From NCBI GenBank assembly GCA_046597065.1, contig JBKJLI010000003.1, forward strand, positions 290,841 through 354,840: a stretch of DNA of 64,000 nt, written 5' to 3'. How positions within the stretch are numbered: the stretch's first letter is position 1; the number at the start of each line of letters is the position of its first letter. Of this stretch, positions 49,068-58,538 are shown one piece after another. Source of the stretch: Candidatus Saccharimonadia bacterium. Its GTDB lineage: Bacteria > Patescibacteriota > Saccharimonadia > UBA4664 > SCTI01. Made by a program: the position numbers and the translations under genes. The notes beneath the pieces are model-generated. The model had not been told where the DNA came from and ran no database searches. It worked only from the letters and a program-made list of their open reading frames with translations.

Positions 49068-51647
49068 ATGAATCTGAAAAAAAGCCTAGATAAACTGTTT
49101 GGCGACATCAGCAAGCGCGAGGTCACTAAGGCTCGCCGACTGGTAGAGCAGGCTAACGCGCTCGAAGCCAGCATTAAAAAGCTAACCGATGCCAAGCTAA
49201 AGGCGCGTACGGTTGAGCTAAAGCAGCGGGTAGAGCAGGGAGAAGAGCTCGACAACCTGTTGCCCGAGGCATTCGCAACTGTGCGCGAAGCGGCTCAGCG
49301 AGTAATTGGCCAACGTCACTACGACGTCCAGTTGGTTGGTGGGATAGTTTTACACGATGGCAACATCGCTGAAATGCGCACCGGAGAGGGTAAAACCCTA
49401 GTGGCTACCGCCCCAACTTACCTAAACGCATTGACTGGTAAAGGCGTTCACGTGGTAACAGTAAACGATTATTTAGCGCGGCGTGATGCCGGCTGGATGG
49501 CACAGATTTACCACGCCCTGGGATTAACCACTGGAGTGATCGTGCCCGAAGCCACTTTTGGTGTATCTGCCTATCTGTTCGATCCCGAATTTAATGACGA
49601 GTCGGCCGATGACGATCGTCTGCGTCATCTTCGCCCTGTGCCTCGAGCCGAGGCATATGCTGCCGATATCACTTATGGCACCAACAACGAGTTTGGTTTT
49701 GATTATCTACGCGACAACATGGTTTCGGATGCCGGCCAGATGGTGCAGCGTCCGTTGAATTATGCGATTGTTGATGAGGTTGACTCGATTTTGATTGATG
49801 AGGCCCGCACTCCCTTAATTATTAGTGCACCAGCCGAGGAAAGTACCGATAAGTACAACCAGTTTGCCAAGCTTGCCCACGCTCTTACGCCGGAGGCCGA
49901 TTATACGGTAGATGAAAAAGACCGAGCCGTAAGTTTAACCGAGGAAGGTATCGCTAAGCTCGAAAAAGCCTTAGGCGTCGAAAACATCTACGAATCGGGA
50001 GGCATAGAGGATATTCACCATGTCGAGCAGAGCTTAAAGGCCGAGGCGGTTTACAAACGCGACCGCGACTACGTGGTTCGTGATGGTGAGGTCTTGATTG
50101 TTGATGAGTTCACTGGCCGGTTGCTGCAGGGTAGACGCTATAGCGATGGGCTGCATCAGGCTATCGAAGCCAAAGAAGGTGTACACATTCGCCAGGAATC
50201 ACTAACCCTTGCTACCATCACCTTTCAGAACTACTTTCGGTTATACGCAAAGCTGGCTGGTATGACCGGTACAGCCGAAACCGAAAAAGAAGAGTTCTTT
50301 AAGATTTACCAGCTAGAAGTCGTAATTGTACCAACCCATATGCCGATGATCAGAGAAGACCATGCCGATCGTATTTATCGCAGCGAGATGGGGAAGTTTC
50401 AGGCAGTCGCAAACGAGATTGCCAACCGGAATAAAACCGGCCAACCGGTACTGGTAGGGAGTGCTTCGATCGAAAAAAACGAGCTGCTTAGCCAGATATT
50501 GGGCCAAATGCGCGTAAAGCATGAGATTTTAAACGCTAAGAACAACCAGCAGGAGGCGGCAATTGTGGCTCGGGCTGGTCAAAAAAGCGCCATTACGCTG
50601 GCCACCAACATTGCCGGCCGCGGCACCGATATTGTTTTGGGCGAAGGCGTTACTAATTTGGGGGGCCTGCACGTGATTGGTACTGAGCGTAACGAATCGC
50701 GCCGCATTGATAACCAGTTGCGCGGCCGTGCCGGACGTCAGGGCGACCCCGGCTCCAGCCAGTTTTTTGTTTCACTCGAAGACGATCTGATGCGTATCTT
50801 TGGAGGGGACCGCGTTACTGGTTTGCTGGCCGCTTTGGGGCTTAACGACGACGCACCCCTAGAAAACCCTACTGTTAGCCGCTCACTCGAAAATGCCCAG
50901 AAAAAGGTGGAGGGCCACAACTTTGATATCCGCAAACAGGTGGTGGATTTCGATGACGTCATGAACCGGCACCGTGAGGCAGTTTACGGTCGACGTCGCC
51001 GAGCCATGGAAAATGCCAATTTGCGTTCAGATGTGGAAAAGATGCTCGATACGGAGTTCGATAACCTGGTAGTAACCCATACCGATACCCGAACAGGGGT
51101 TACCGAGATCGATCAGATCATTGAATCTGCCAGTGCCATTATGCCTGTAGAGCCGGCTTTAGTAGATAAACTTAAGCAAACTGACCCCCGCGATCTGTCA
51201 GACACACTCAAAGAGTATGCGCGCGATCTATATAGCGCACGGGAACAGCAGTTTAGCCCAGATGCAACCAGGGTAATGGAGCGATTGGTTTATTTACAGA
51301 TTCTTGATCGACTATGGATTGAGCACCTAGAGGCTATGGAGCGGTTGCGCGAGGGGATTGGTTTGCGCTCAATTGGTCAGCGCGATCCGTTGGTTGAGTA
51401 CAAGAGTGAGGGTTTCAAGCTATTTAAACGCTTACTACAACTACTAGATGCCGAGATTGCCGGCACCATCTTTAGAGTTTCAATAACTCAAGAGCCTACA
51501 CCTGCACCGGTAGAGACGGCCGTTACCAAAGCTGCCGCCCATGCCAATGTGTTAGCAGATACCAGTCAGGCAGGGAGTGATGGAGCTGTAGGTGTAAACC
51601 GAGCTGATCGTAGAGCCTCCAAAAAGGCCCGTAAGCGACGGCGCTGA
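49068..51647 (+). CDS. secA: Preprotein translocase ATPase SecA
   Basis: EMRTGEGKT, VDEVDSILIDEARTPLIIS, RRIDNQLRGRAGRQGDPG; no C-terminal SEC-C motif. Confidence 0.98.
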   Translation: MNLKKSLDKLFGDISKREVTKARRLVEQANALEASIKKLTDAKLKARTVELKQRVEQGEELDNLLPEAFATVREAAQRVIGQRHYDVQLVGGIVLHDGNIAEMRTGEGKTLVATAPTYLNALTGKGVHVVTVNDYLARRDAGWMAQIYHALGLTTGVIVPEATFGVSAYLFDPEFNDESADDDRLRHLRPVPRAEAYAADITYGTNNEFGFDYLRDNMVSDAGQMVQRPLNYAIVDEVDSILIDEARTPLIISAPAEESTDKYNQFAKLAHALTPEADYTVDEKDRAVSLTEEGIAKLEKALGVENIYESGGIEDIHHVEQSLKAEAVYKRDRDYVVRDGEVLIVDEFTGRLLQGRRYSDGLHQAIEAKEGVHIRQESLTLATITFQNYFRLYAKLAGMTGTAETEKEEFFKIYQLEVVIVPTHMPMIREDHADRIYRSEMGKFQAVANEIANRNKTGQPVLVGSASIEKNELLSQILGQMRVKHEILNAKNNQQEAAIVARAGQKSAITLATNIAGRGTDIVLGEGVTNLGGLHVIGTERNESRRIDNQLRGRAGRQGDPGSSQFFVSLEDDLMRIFGGDRVTGLLAALGLNDDAPLENPTVSRSLENAQKKVEGHNFDIRKQVVDFDDVMNRHREAVYGRRRRAMENANLRSDVEKMLDTEFDNLVVTHTDTRTGVTEIDQIIESASAIMPVEPALVDKLKQTDPRDLSDTLKEYARDLYSAREQQFSPDATRVMERLVYLQILDRLWIEHLEAMERLREGIGLRSIGQRDPLVEYKSEGFKLFKRLLQLLDAEIAGTIFRVSITQEPTPAPVETAVTKAAAHANVLADTSQAGSDGAVGVNRADRRASKKARKRRR

Positions 51648-51742
51648 TCCAATTATTCTATAATCATTAGAACTTTATACAATTATCAACTGTCAGATTA
51701 ACCAATCTGAGTGTAAACGTTAGAATTATCACCTATAAACTA

Positions 51743-51771
51743 TTGACAAATAACACAATTAATGCTATATT
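51743..51771 (+). promoter_or_regulatory. Sigma70 promoter driving a long leader and the Cys-rich protein
   Basis: TTGACA-17 nt-TATATT with extended TG. Confidence 0.75.
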
Positions 51772-51773
51772 AG

Positions 51774-52110
51774 CTCATTCACTCTGAATGGGTGTTGAGG
51801 CGGATTCAGAAAGTCTGCTTGGACACACTTCACCGAGAGGATCGTTGACAAGCTGGATAGTCATGGGTCGCTTAAGATCCATGCGACTACTTTAAATATT
51901 GAGAGTTACAGCTTAGGGTTTTGACCTTATGGGCAACACTCTGCAAATGTACCCGTGCCGCCCACGGTACATTTGCAGGTTGTTGTTTGTAAGCGTTGAA
52001 ACACAAAGGCCACGTGCTTTCAACTTAACCCCGTTCATCCAGAAAGGATGATGCCTCGTGGCAACTGACAGCAGGATGGTCGGGGGAAACTTCCTGGCCA
52101 CAACGACCAC
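51774..52110 (+). ncRNA. Long structured leader / candidate ncRNA (about 340 nt)
   Basis: About eight successive hairpins including a perfect 13 bp CTGCAAATGTACC/GGTACATTTGCAG stem (51941-51978). Confidence 0.45.
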
Positions 52111-52125
52111 CAAGGAGAAGTGACG

Positions 52126-53355
52126 ATGCGCTCCATGCTCATCAAGCTGTTCCTGGTCGCGCTCGTCGCGGCCATCTTCACCATCCCGGCAGTGGCCTCG
52201 GCCGCTTCCACGGCACCGGTCGCTCACGCGGCTTCGTCGTACTGCGGCCCCCCGGCCATGAACAAGACCCAGTGGGTTTCGTTCTGGAGAGACCATCCGA
52301 ACTCGTCGCTCACCAAGAGCTTCGAACGGCTGGTCCGAGCGGACGCCAAGCACACCCACATCAAGAAGGATCAGACCTTCTTGTCGTGGGCTCAGTCCCC
52401 GAACATCAAGATCGTCAGGACACCGCCTGGCTACAGGCTGGATTCCAACACCTATTGCCCTGGTGGGCAGTACCAGCCGTATCCAGATCTCCTGGGCTAC
52501 GGCAACCAACTCACGCCTTCATGGTGTGAGGGTGGCGCGAAGCCGTCCACGACGGTGACGAAGGTGCAAAAGCGTGGCAAGTGGTACTACAAGTACACCA
52601 CCACTGTCACTGAGTCCTGCGCGCCTCTCGCCAAGGGATACTGCCGCAACCGGGCGACTGGGAAGTCGTTCAAGGTCGTCAAGCGCAAGGTGACGTATAA
52701 GCGCATCAAGCACAAGACGCCCAAGTGCGGCTGCAAGCCCAAGCCCAAGCCGCCGCCTGCACAGGTCAACTACTGCCCCAACGGTTCGCCGGTGGTCAGC
52801 GGTGTTGCCTGTGTCAATCAGTCTCAAGCCCAGGAGGTCAAGCAGGACTGCAAGGGTCCGAACGTTGACAGCACTCAGTGCATCAGCATTCAGATCCAGC
52901 AGCAGATCGTGTGCGGCAACGGCACGATCATCATCGGGAGCAGTACCACGACGTCGACCACTGGTGACCAGTGCAACACGGTCATCGTGGTGCCACCCCC
53001 GCCGCCGCCGGTCTGCATCCCGCCGACCACCGGTACGTACCCGAACTGTCAGGTTCCCACCTGTCCGGCGGGCACAACCGGTACCTACCCGGTCTGCAAT
53101 GCTCCGGCGGTTTGCCCCGCTGGTGACCTGCAGGCAACCGACACCACCTTGAGTGGCTTCGGTTACCGTACTGGTGACTTTCTCGGCATTGCCGGGGGGT
53201 ATTTCCAGTACTACGTTCGGGCTGATGGTTCGGGCAAGCTGTTCTTTGCGAAGGATTACACCTCGGTGCAGTCCAGTTACACGAACGGCAGCCCGATCTG
53301 TGGCAAGGCCAACCCGGCCGGCCCCGGAGGCACACCGCCTCCGCCGTCGCCGTAG
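52126..53355 (+). CDS. Secreted Cys/Pro/Thr-rich protein, unknown function
   Basis: AAGGAG SD, signal peptide, many Cys, Lys-rich patch, repeated TTGTYP.C units, poly-Pro; GC3-rich. Confidence 0.8.
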   Translation: MRSMLIKLFLVALVAAIFTIPAVASAASTAPVAHAASSYCGPPAMNKTQWVSFWRDHPNSSLTKSFERLVRADAKHTHIKKDQTFLSWAQSPNIKIVRTPPGYRLDSNTYCPGGQYQPYPDLLGYGNQLTPSWCEGGAKPSTTVTKVQKRGKWYYKYTTTVTESCAPLAKGYCRNRATGKSFKVVKRKVTYKRIKHKTPKCGCKPKPKPPPAQVNYCPNGSPVVSGVACVNQSQAQEVKQDCKGPNVDSTQCISIQIQQQIVCGNGTIIIGSSTTTSTTGDQCNTVIVVPPPPPPVCIPPTTGTYPNCQVPTCPAGTTGTYPVCNAPAVCPAGDLQATDTTLSGFGYRTGDFLGIAGGYFQYYVRADGSGKLFFAKDYTSVQSSYTNGSPICGKANPAGPGGTPPPPSP

Positions 53356-53397
53356 GGCAGAAGCAGAAGTAGTCGCGCTCCGAAAGGAGTAACGGTT

Positions 53398-53424
53398 GGG
53401 GGTCGAGCTTTTAGCTCGACCCCC
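53398..53424 (+). terminator. GC hairpin nested in a larger 3' structure
   Basis: GGGGGTCGAGCT-ttt-AGCTCGACCCCC enclosed by GAGTAAC/GTTACTC and TAGTC/GACTA stems. Confidence 0.65.
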
Positions 53425-53591
53425 GCCGTACCACTTGTTACTCATGACTATCCAGTTTGCTGATCCCTCACATGAGGTGGTTCTTTAACAATTTAAGCTA
53501 CTGATTAACAAATTTACGAACCCAACCTGTGAATTAAATTAACAAACTCATACTTGTCGGCGCTAATGTCGACTTGAGAGGAGAGTAAACC

Positions 53592-54422
53592 ATGAAACTT
53601 ACCAAGACTCGAATAGCTGCTGCTGTTGCCACTAGTGCAATTGCAGTTGCGCTTCCAATCGCTGCTTTAGCGGCTTTTGGTCCCGATCGTCAAACCTATG
53701 TCTGTGGCCAGGCTGGCATCTGCCAGGGTGCTGACCACGTTCAGTTTGACTCTTTTACCAATAACCCAAGCTACGATCAGCATGATGAGCGTAACTTCTT
53801 AACCATTCGTCCGGCTGCCGGAGGTGCTTACACCGATGTGCAGACCCTAACGGTTGGTCAAGAGTATGTCGTTCGTGCTTACGTACACAACAATGCCGAT
53901 CCAGCGTTAACCAACACACCCAGCGATTACACCGCCGAAAACACCGCCTTTAAGGTGGCAATTCCTAGCGAAGTAAACGGTGACGCGTTGGTTACCGGTA
54001 CCATTTCAGCTTCAAACGCTCAGCCAGGTAGTGTTTATGACACTGTTAGCCTAAAGAGTGGTGAAAAGCTAAAGCTAAACTACGTGGCCGGTTCGGCCAA
54101 GTGGACCAGCAATGGTGCTTCTAACGGTGCTGCTTTAAGCGACAACGTTTTAACTAGTGGCGCTTTACTTGGTTACGATAGCCTAAACGGTGAACTACCA
54201 GGATGCTTCGGCTTTTCCGGTTATGTCAGCCTAAAGGTTAAGGCCGAGAAAATCGAAACTCCAGTAACCCCACCCGTTACTACCACCCCAACTGCCTTAC
54301 CGCAGACAGGTGCTGAAGCCGCCGGCCTAGCCGGTGTCGCCGGAACCGGTGTTGTTGGTTACGCTGCTATGGCTTATCGCCGCAGCAAGCGTGCCCTCGC
54401 TACCGCCATCCGCAACAAGTAA
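53592..54422 (+). CDS. Surface protein with LPxTG-like sorting signal
   Basis: Signal peptide; C-terminal PVTPPVTTTPT-ALPQTG, hydrophobic helix, YRRSKR tail. Confidence 0.85.
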   Translation: MKLTKTRIAAAVATSAIAVALPIAALAAFGPDRQTYVCGQAGICQGADHVQFDSFTNNPSYDQHDERNFLTIRPAAGGAYTDVQTLTVGQEYVVRAYVHNNADPALTNTPSDYTAENTAFKVAIPSEVNGDALVTGTISASNAQPGSVYDTVSLKSGEKLKLNYVAGSAKWTSNGASNGAALSDNVLTSGALLGYDSLNGELPGCFGFSGYVSLKVKAEKIETPVTPPVTTTPTALPQTGAEAAGLAGVAGTGVVGYAAMAYRRSKRALATAIRNK

Positions 54423-54604
54423 GTTTGATTTCAGTAGCTTTTAGTTAACCGACTAGAGTCGCGGGCCATTGCGGCCCGTAACTCTTAGTTGGCGCCTGTC
54501 GCTAAAACTTCAGGCCGCAAGCAGCCCCGCCTCTATGCATTCGTGCGCAGAAGCCAGGGGCTTTTTGCGTTTAAAAATGGTATTTTCAGGTATAATTGAG
54601 CCCA

Positions 54605-55693
54605 ATGCAAACGCTACAAAAACAGTTAAATGAACTAAAAACACGGGTCGAAGACGCAATGTCACGGCTTAAATTGAGCGATACTCAAGCCGAGCTCGAA
54701 CAGCTTGATGTCAAAATGGCTCAACCCGATTTTTGGGATGACCCAAATAAGGCCGCTGCCGAAAGTAAGCAAGCTTCTGCGTTGCGCAACCACATTGATA
54801 GTTGGGTGCAGTTGCACAAAGACGTAGCGGTGGCTGGTGAGCTGGCCGATTTGGGAGATGAGTCGATGCAAGCCGACATCGAGGTTAACTTTCAGCGCTT
54901 AAAAACCCAGTACGAATCCAAAGAGTTTGAGCTAAAACTTTCGGGTGAGTACGACCGTGGCAGTGCTATTTTGTCGATTTATGCCGGTACCGGCGGTACT
55001 GACGCTCAAGACTGGGCCGAAATGCTCTTGCGAATGTACTTACGTTTTACAGAGGCTAATGGCTGGCAAGCTGAGGTTGTCGACCGCTCAGATGGCGAAG
55101 AGGCCGGAATTAAAAGCGTAACGGTCGAAATTGTTGGTGCTTACGTCTATGGCAAACTAAAAAGTGAAAAGGGGGTGCACCGGCTGGTACGCCTGAGCCC
55201 GTTTAACTCCGACAACTTACGCCAAACTAGCTTTGCGATGGTCGACATTATGCCGCAACTGGATCATCCCGAGGAGTTTGAGATAGATGAAAGCGATTTG
55301 CGCATAGATGTATACCGCGCCGGCGGCCATGGTGGACAGAGCGTTAATACCACCGACAGCGCAGTACGCATTACTCACATCCCAACCAATACCGTGGTGG
55401 CAATTCAGAATGAGCGTTCGCAACTACAAAACAAAGAAAAGGCACTAGCAATCTTAAAAGCTAGACTTAACGTTTTAATGATTGAACAACAAAAGGCTGA
55501 GCTCAGCGAGTTACGCGGCGCACCGCAGTCGGCCGATTGGGGCAGTCAAATCCGCAGTTATGTTCTGCACCCTTACGCAAAAGTAAAAGATCATCGCACC
55601 GGGCATGAAACCAACGCCGCCCAAGCTGTACTTGATGGCGAAATTGAGCCTTTTATAGATGCCTATCTACAGGATCAAATCGGTAAATCCTAG
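54605..55693 (+). CDS. prfB: Peptide chain release factor 2 (single reading frame)
   Basis: GGTDAQDWA, HRLVRLSPF, GGQSVN, WGSQIRSYV. Confidence 0.97.
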   Translation: MQTLQKQLNELKTRVEDAMSRLKLSDTQAELEQLDVKMAQPDFWDDPNKAAAESKQASALRNHIDSWVQLHKDVAVAGELADLGDESMQADIEVNFQRLKTQYESKEFELKLSGEYDRGSAILSIYAGTGGTDAQDWAEMLLRMYLRFTEANGWQAEVVDRSDGEEAGIKSVTVEIVGAYVYGKLKSEKGVHRLVRLSPFNSDNLRQTSFAMVDIMPQLDHPEEFEIDESDLRIDVYRAGGHGGQSVNTTDSAVRITHIPTNTVVAIQNERSQLQNKEKALAILKARLNVLMIEQQKAELSELRGAPQSADWGSQIRSYVLHPYAKVKDHRTGHETNAAQAVLDGEIEPFIDAYLQDQIGKS

Positions 55694-55751
55694 ATTGATC
55701 AAACTTATGCTTAGGCTTTCGGGTCGTTGCGATGGATGCTAAAATAGCCAG

Positions 55752-56432
55752 GTGATTTTATTCGATCGCGTAACTAAGATGTACCCCAATAAGTCGATAG
55801 CGCTTAGCGGGTTAAATCTGCATATTCAGCCCAAAGAGTTTGTAACGATTGTTGGTGCCAGTGGCGCCGGTAAGTCAACCTTAATCAAACTGCTAACTCG
55901 TGAAGAGGTACAGTCTTCGGGCAAGATCATTGTGGGCGGCTTAGATTACGACACCATTATTTATAAGAACATCCCACATTTGCGTCGGCGCATTGGGGTG
56001 GTCTTTCAAGATTTTAAATTGCTGCAAAACCGCAACGTATATGAAAACGTATCATTTGCCTTAGAAGTGGCCGGCGCTCCAAACCGCGAAATTAAACGGG
56101 CCGTACCTAGGGTACTTCAGATGGTTGGATTGACCGGCAAAGAAAAGAATTTCCCCGCCGAGCTTTCGGGTGGTGAGCGCCAGCGCGTTGCCATCGCCCG
56201 GGCATTGGTGCGTCAGCCCAAAATATTAATTGCCGATGAGCCTACTGGCAACCTGGATCCTAAAAATGCCTGGGAGATCATTGACCTGCTTCTTAAGATT
56301 AATCGCTTTGGGACGACTGTTCTCTTAACTACTCACAATAAAGAAATCGTTAACGCCTTAAAGCGTCGCGTAGTAACGATTCAACGCGGACGGATTATTA
56401 AGGATGAAGAGCAGGGGAGGTACGCCCTGTAA
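55752..56432 (+). CDS. ftsE: Cell division ATP-binding protein FtsE
   Basis: GASGAGKST, LRRRIGVVFQDFKLL, LSGGE, ADEPTGNLD. Confidence 0.96.
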   Translation: MILFDRVTKMYPNKSIALSGLNLHIQPKEFVTIVGASGAGKSTLIKLLTREEVQSSGKIIVGGLDYDTIIYKNIPHLRRRIGVVFQDFKLLQNRNVYENVSFALEVAGAPNREIKRAVPRVLQMVGLTGKEKNFPAELSGGERQRVAIARALVRQPKILIADEPTGNLDPKNAWEIIDLLLKINRFGTTVLLTTHNKEIVNALKRRVVTIQRGRIIKDEEQGRYAL

Positions 56433-57349
56433 TGTTGGTAACAACTGCCCGGATAACTAAAACCGGCCTGCGTAACTTTGTACGAAACGCCTGGCTGAGC
56501 ACCGCTGCAACGGCAGTGATGACGGTTACCCTGTCGCTCGTTGCAATCTCATATATCGCCAATGTGGCACTGACGTCGACAATTAAAAGTGTGGTTCAAA
56601 AGATTGATGTATCGATTTATCTAAAAGACGCCGATACCCCAGATCAGATCAACGCCCTTAAGGCAAAGCTGGAACAGCTGCCGAACGTACAAGAGGTCAA
56701 GCTGGTAAGCAAAACCGACGCCTTAGCCGAGTTTCGCCGTCAAAATGCTGATAATCCTAAATTACTATCTGGTATCTCTGAAACCGACAACCCTTTGCCA
56801 GCCAGCTTGCAAGTAAAAGCTAAAGACCCCAATAAGCTAACACCGATAACCGACCTAGCAGCGCAATCAGACGTAAAGCCGCTGCTAACCGAACGTGATG
56901 CAGTCAGCTATACCGGTGATCGTAAGGCAACAATTGATAAGATCATCCAGACATCCAACTTTTTTAAAGCTACCGGTGTCGTGGCTTCACTGATATTTGT
57001 AGTCATCTCCACCTTAATTATTTTCAACACCATTCGGATGGCCATTTTTACCCGCCGCGAAGAAATTGAAATTATGAAGCTGGTAGGGGCAACCAGCTGG
57101 TATATCCGAGGACCTTTCATTTTTGAAGCCAGCCTCTACGGCTTCATTGCGGCGATTGTAGCCATGGTTTTCATCTATACAATAGTGCTTAGTGGTGCAC
57201 CAAAGCTGAATAACTATATTGATACCAACACCATAGTAAACCTGTTGCGAGATCACATATGGCTGGTCGGGTTTGCGATGTTCTTAGTTGGAATCTCGAT
57301 CGGAGCCATTAGCAGTCTGGTGGCGCTAAAGCGGTATTTAAAGTTATAA
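56432..57349 (+). CDS. ftsX: Cell division permease FtsX
   Basis: RN.W.S, NPLP, NTIR.AI..RR.EI.IMKLVGA...IRGPF. Confidence 0.95.
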   Translation: MLVTTARITKTGLRNFVRNAWLSTAATAVMTVTLSLVAISYIANVALTSTIKSVVQKIDVSIYLKDADTPDQINALKAKLEQLPNVQEVKLVSKTDALAEFRRQNADNPKLLSGISETDNPLPASLQVKAKDPNKLTPITDLAAQSDVKPLLTERDAVSYTGDRKATIDKIIQTSNFFKATGVVASLIFVVISTLIIFNTIRMAIFTRREEIEIMKLVGATSWYIRGPFIFEASLYGFIAAIVAMVFIYTIVLSGAPKLNNYIDTNTIVNLLRDHIWLVGFAMFLVGISIGAISSLVALKRYLKL

Positions 57350-57405
57350 GATCTTGATAGTCGGCCATTGACTTACAGGTGACGTAAGCGGTATAGTTAG
57401 AACAA

Positions 57406-58533
57406 ATGAAAGGGCGAACCATTAGTAGGTTTTCATTCAAAAACAAAAACAGCGCAGTCGCTAAAACGGTATTATCGTTTATAGCAGTTGCGCTGTTTTT
57501 AATTGCGACTCCACAGATTGCTAAGGCAAACACGATTGATGATCAGATCCGTATTTTGACCCAGCAGGCAAGCAGCCAGCAGGCTCAAGCCGATGCCTTG
57601 CGCGCAAAGGGCGACACCCTATCTAATAAACTGGCGTCAATAAATAATCAGGTAAGCGCCTTGGCTACCCAGATTAGCTTGAACCGGGCTAAGCAGGAGC
57701 GTTTAACCGCTCAGATCGAACAAGCCAAGAAGGATTTAGTCCAAAAAAAGCAGATTCTAGACGAAAACGTACGTCAAATTTACCAGCAATCGCAGATCTC
57801 TCCCCTCGAAATGCTAGCATCGAGCCACAGTTTTAGTGAGTATGTCGATCGCCAGCAGTATCTGGATCGAATTAAAGATCACGTTCAAGAAGCCGCCGCC
57901 GCAATTACCACTCTTAAGGCTGAGCTAGAGAAGCAACAGGTTGATGTTGCTAACTTGATTAAGCAGCAAGGCGATTTACAGCAGTCGCTGGCTATTCAAC
58001 AAAATGAGGCCGCCAGTATTTTAAACCAAACCCGTGGCGAAGAGTCTCGCTACGCATCGCTGGCCGCTGCCAATAATGCTCAAGCAAACGCTCTGCGGGC
58101 TCAGCAGGCTGCCGCTCTGGCCGCAATCTATGGCAATGCATCCGGTGGTGTCGCATGTGGTGGTGGATACCCTAGCCGTTGGTGTAATGCCGGGCAGGAT
58201 ACCCTTATCGATACCTGGGGCATGTTTAACCGGGAGTGTGTCAGCTACACCGCATTTAAGGTAGCCGCATCCGGCCGCTACATGCCTTACTGGGGTGGTC
58301 ACGGCAATGCCAAGCAATGGCCCGGAAATGCCTCCGCAGCAGGAATACCAGTTGATGGTTCGCCGCGTGCTGGTGATATAGCTATCTCGCTGGCCGGTCC
58401 CTACGGACACGCCATGTATGTTGAATCTGTCAGCGGCAGCAATATCAGTGTTAGCCAGTATAATTACGCAAATAACGGTGAGTACAGCACCATGACGATT
58501 CCTTCGTCGGGCTTGTCCTTCATCCACTTTTAA
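57406..58533 (+). CDS. PcsB/CwlO-like coiled-coil CHAP peptidoglycan hydrolase
   Basis: Signal peptide, long coiled coil, ECVSY...GNA..W...GH..YVE CHAP motifs; follows ftsEX. Confidence 0.9.
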   Translation: MKGRTISRFSFKNKNSAVAKTVLSFIAVALFLIATPQIAKANTIDDQIRILTQQASSQQAQADALRAKGDTLSNKLASINNQVSALATQISLNRAKQERLTAQIEQAKKDLVQKKQILDENVRQIYQQSQISPLEMLASSHSFSEYVDRQQYLDRIKDHVQEAAAAITTLKAELEKQQVDVANLIKQQGDLQQSLAIQQNEAASILNQTRGEESRYASLAAANNAQANALRAQQAAALAAIYGNASGGVACGGGYPSRWCNAGQDTLIDTWGMFNRECVSYTAFKVAASGRYMPYWGGHGNAKQWPGNASAAGIPVDGSPRAGDIAISLAGPYGHAMYVESVSGSNISVSQYNYANNGEYSTMTIPSSGLSFIHF

Positions 58534-58538
58534 GCCCT

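Noticed and set aside
51913-53445. Minus-strand ORFs of 198 and 308 aa
   Set aside because: Antisense shadows of the GC-rich secreted protein gene, which has the promoter, SD and signal peptide
54505-54530. SRP RNA-like TCAGGCCGCAAGCAGCC
   Set aside because: Lacks the 3' strand needed to close the GNRA helix and no long flanking stem is centred on it
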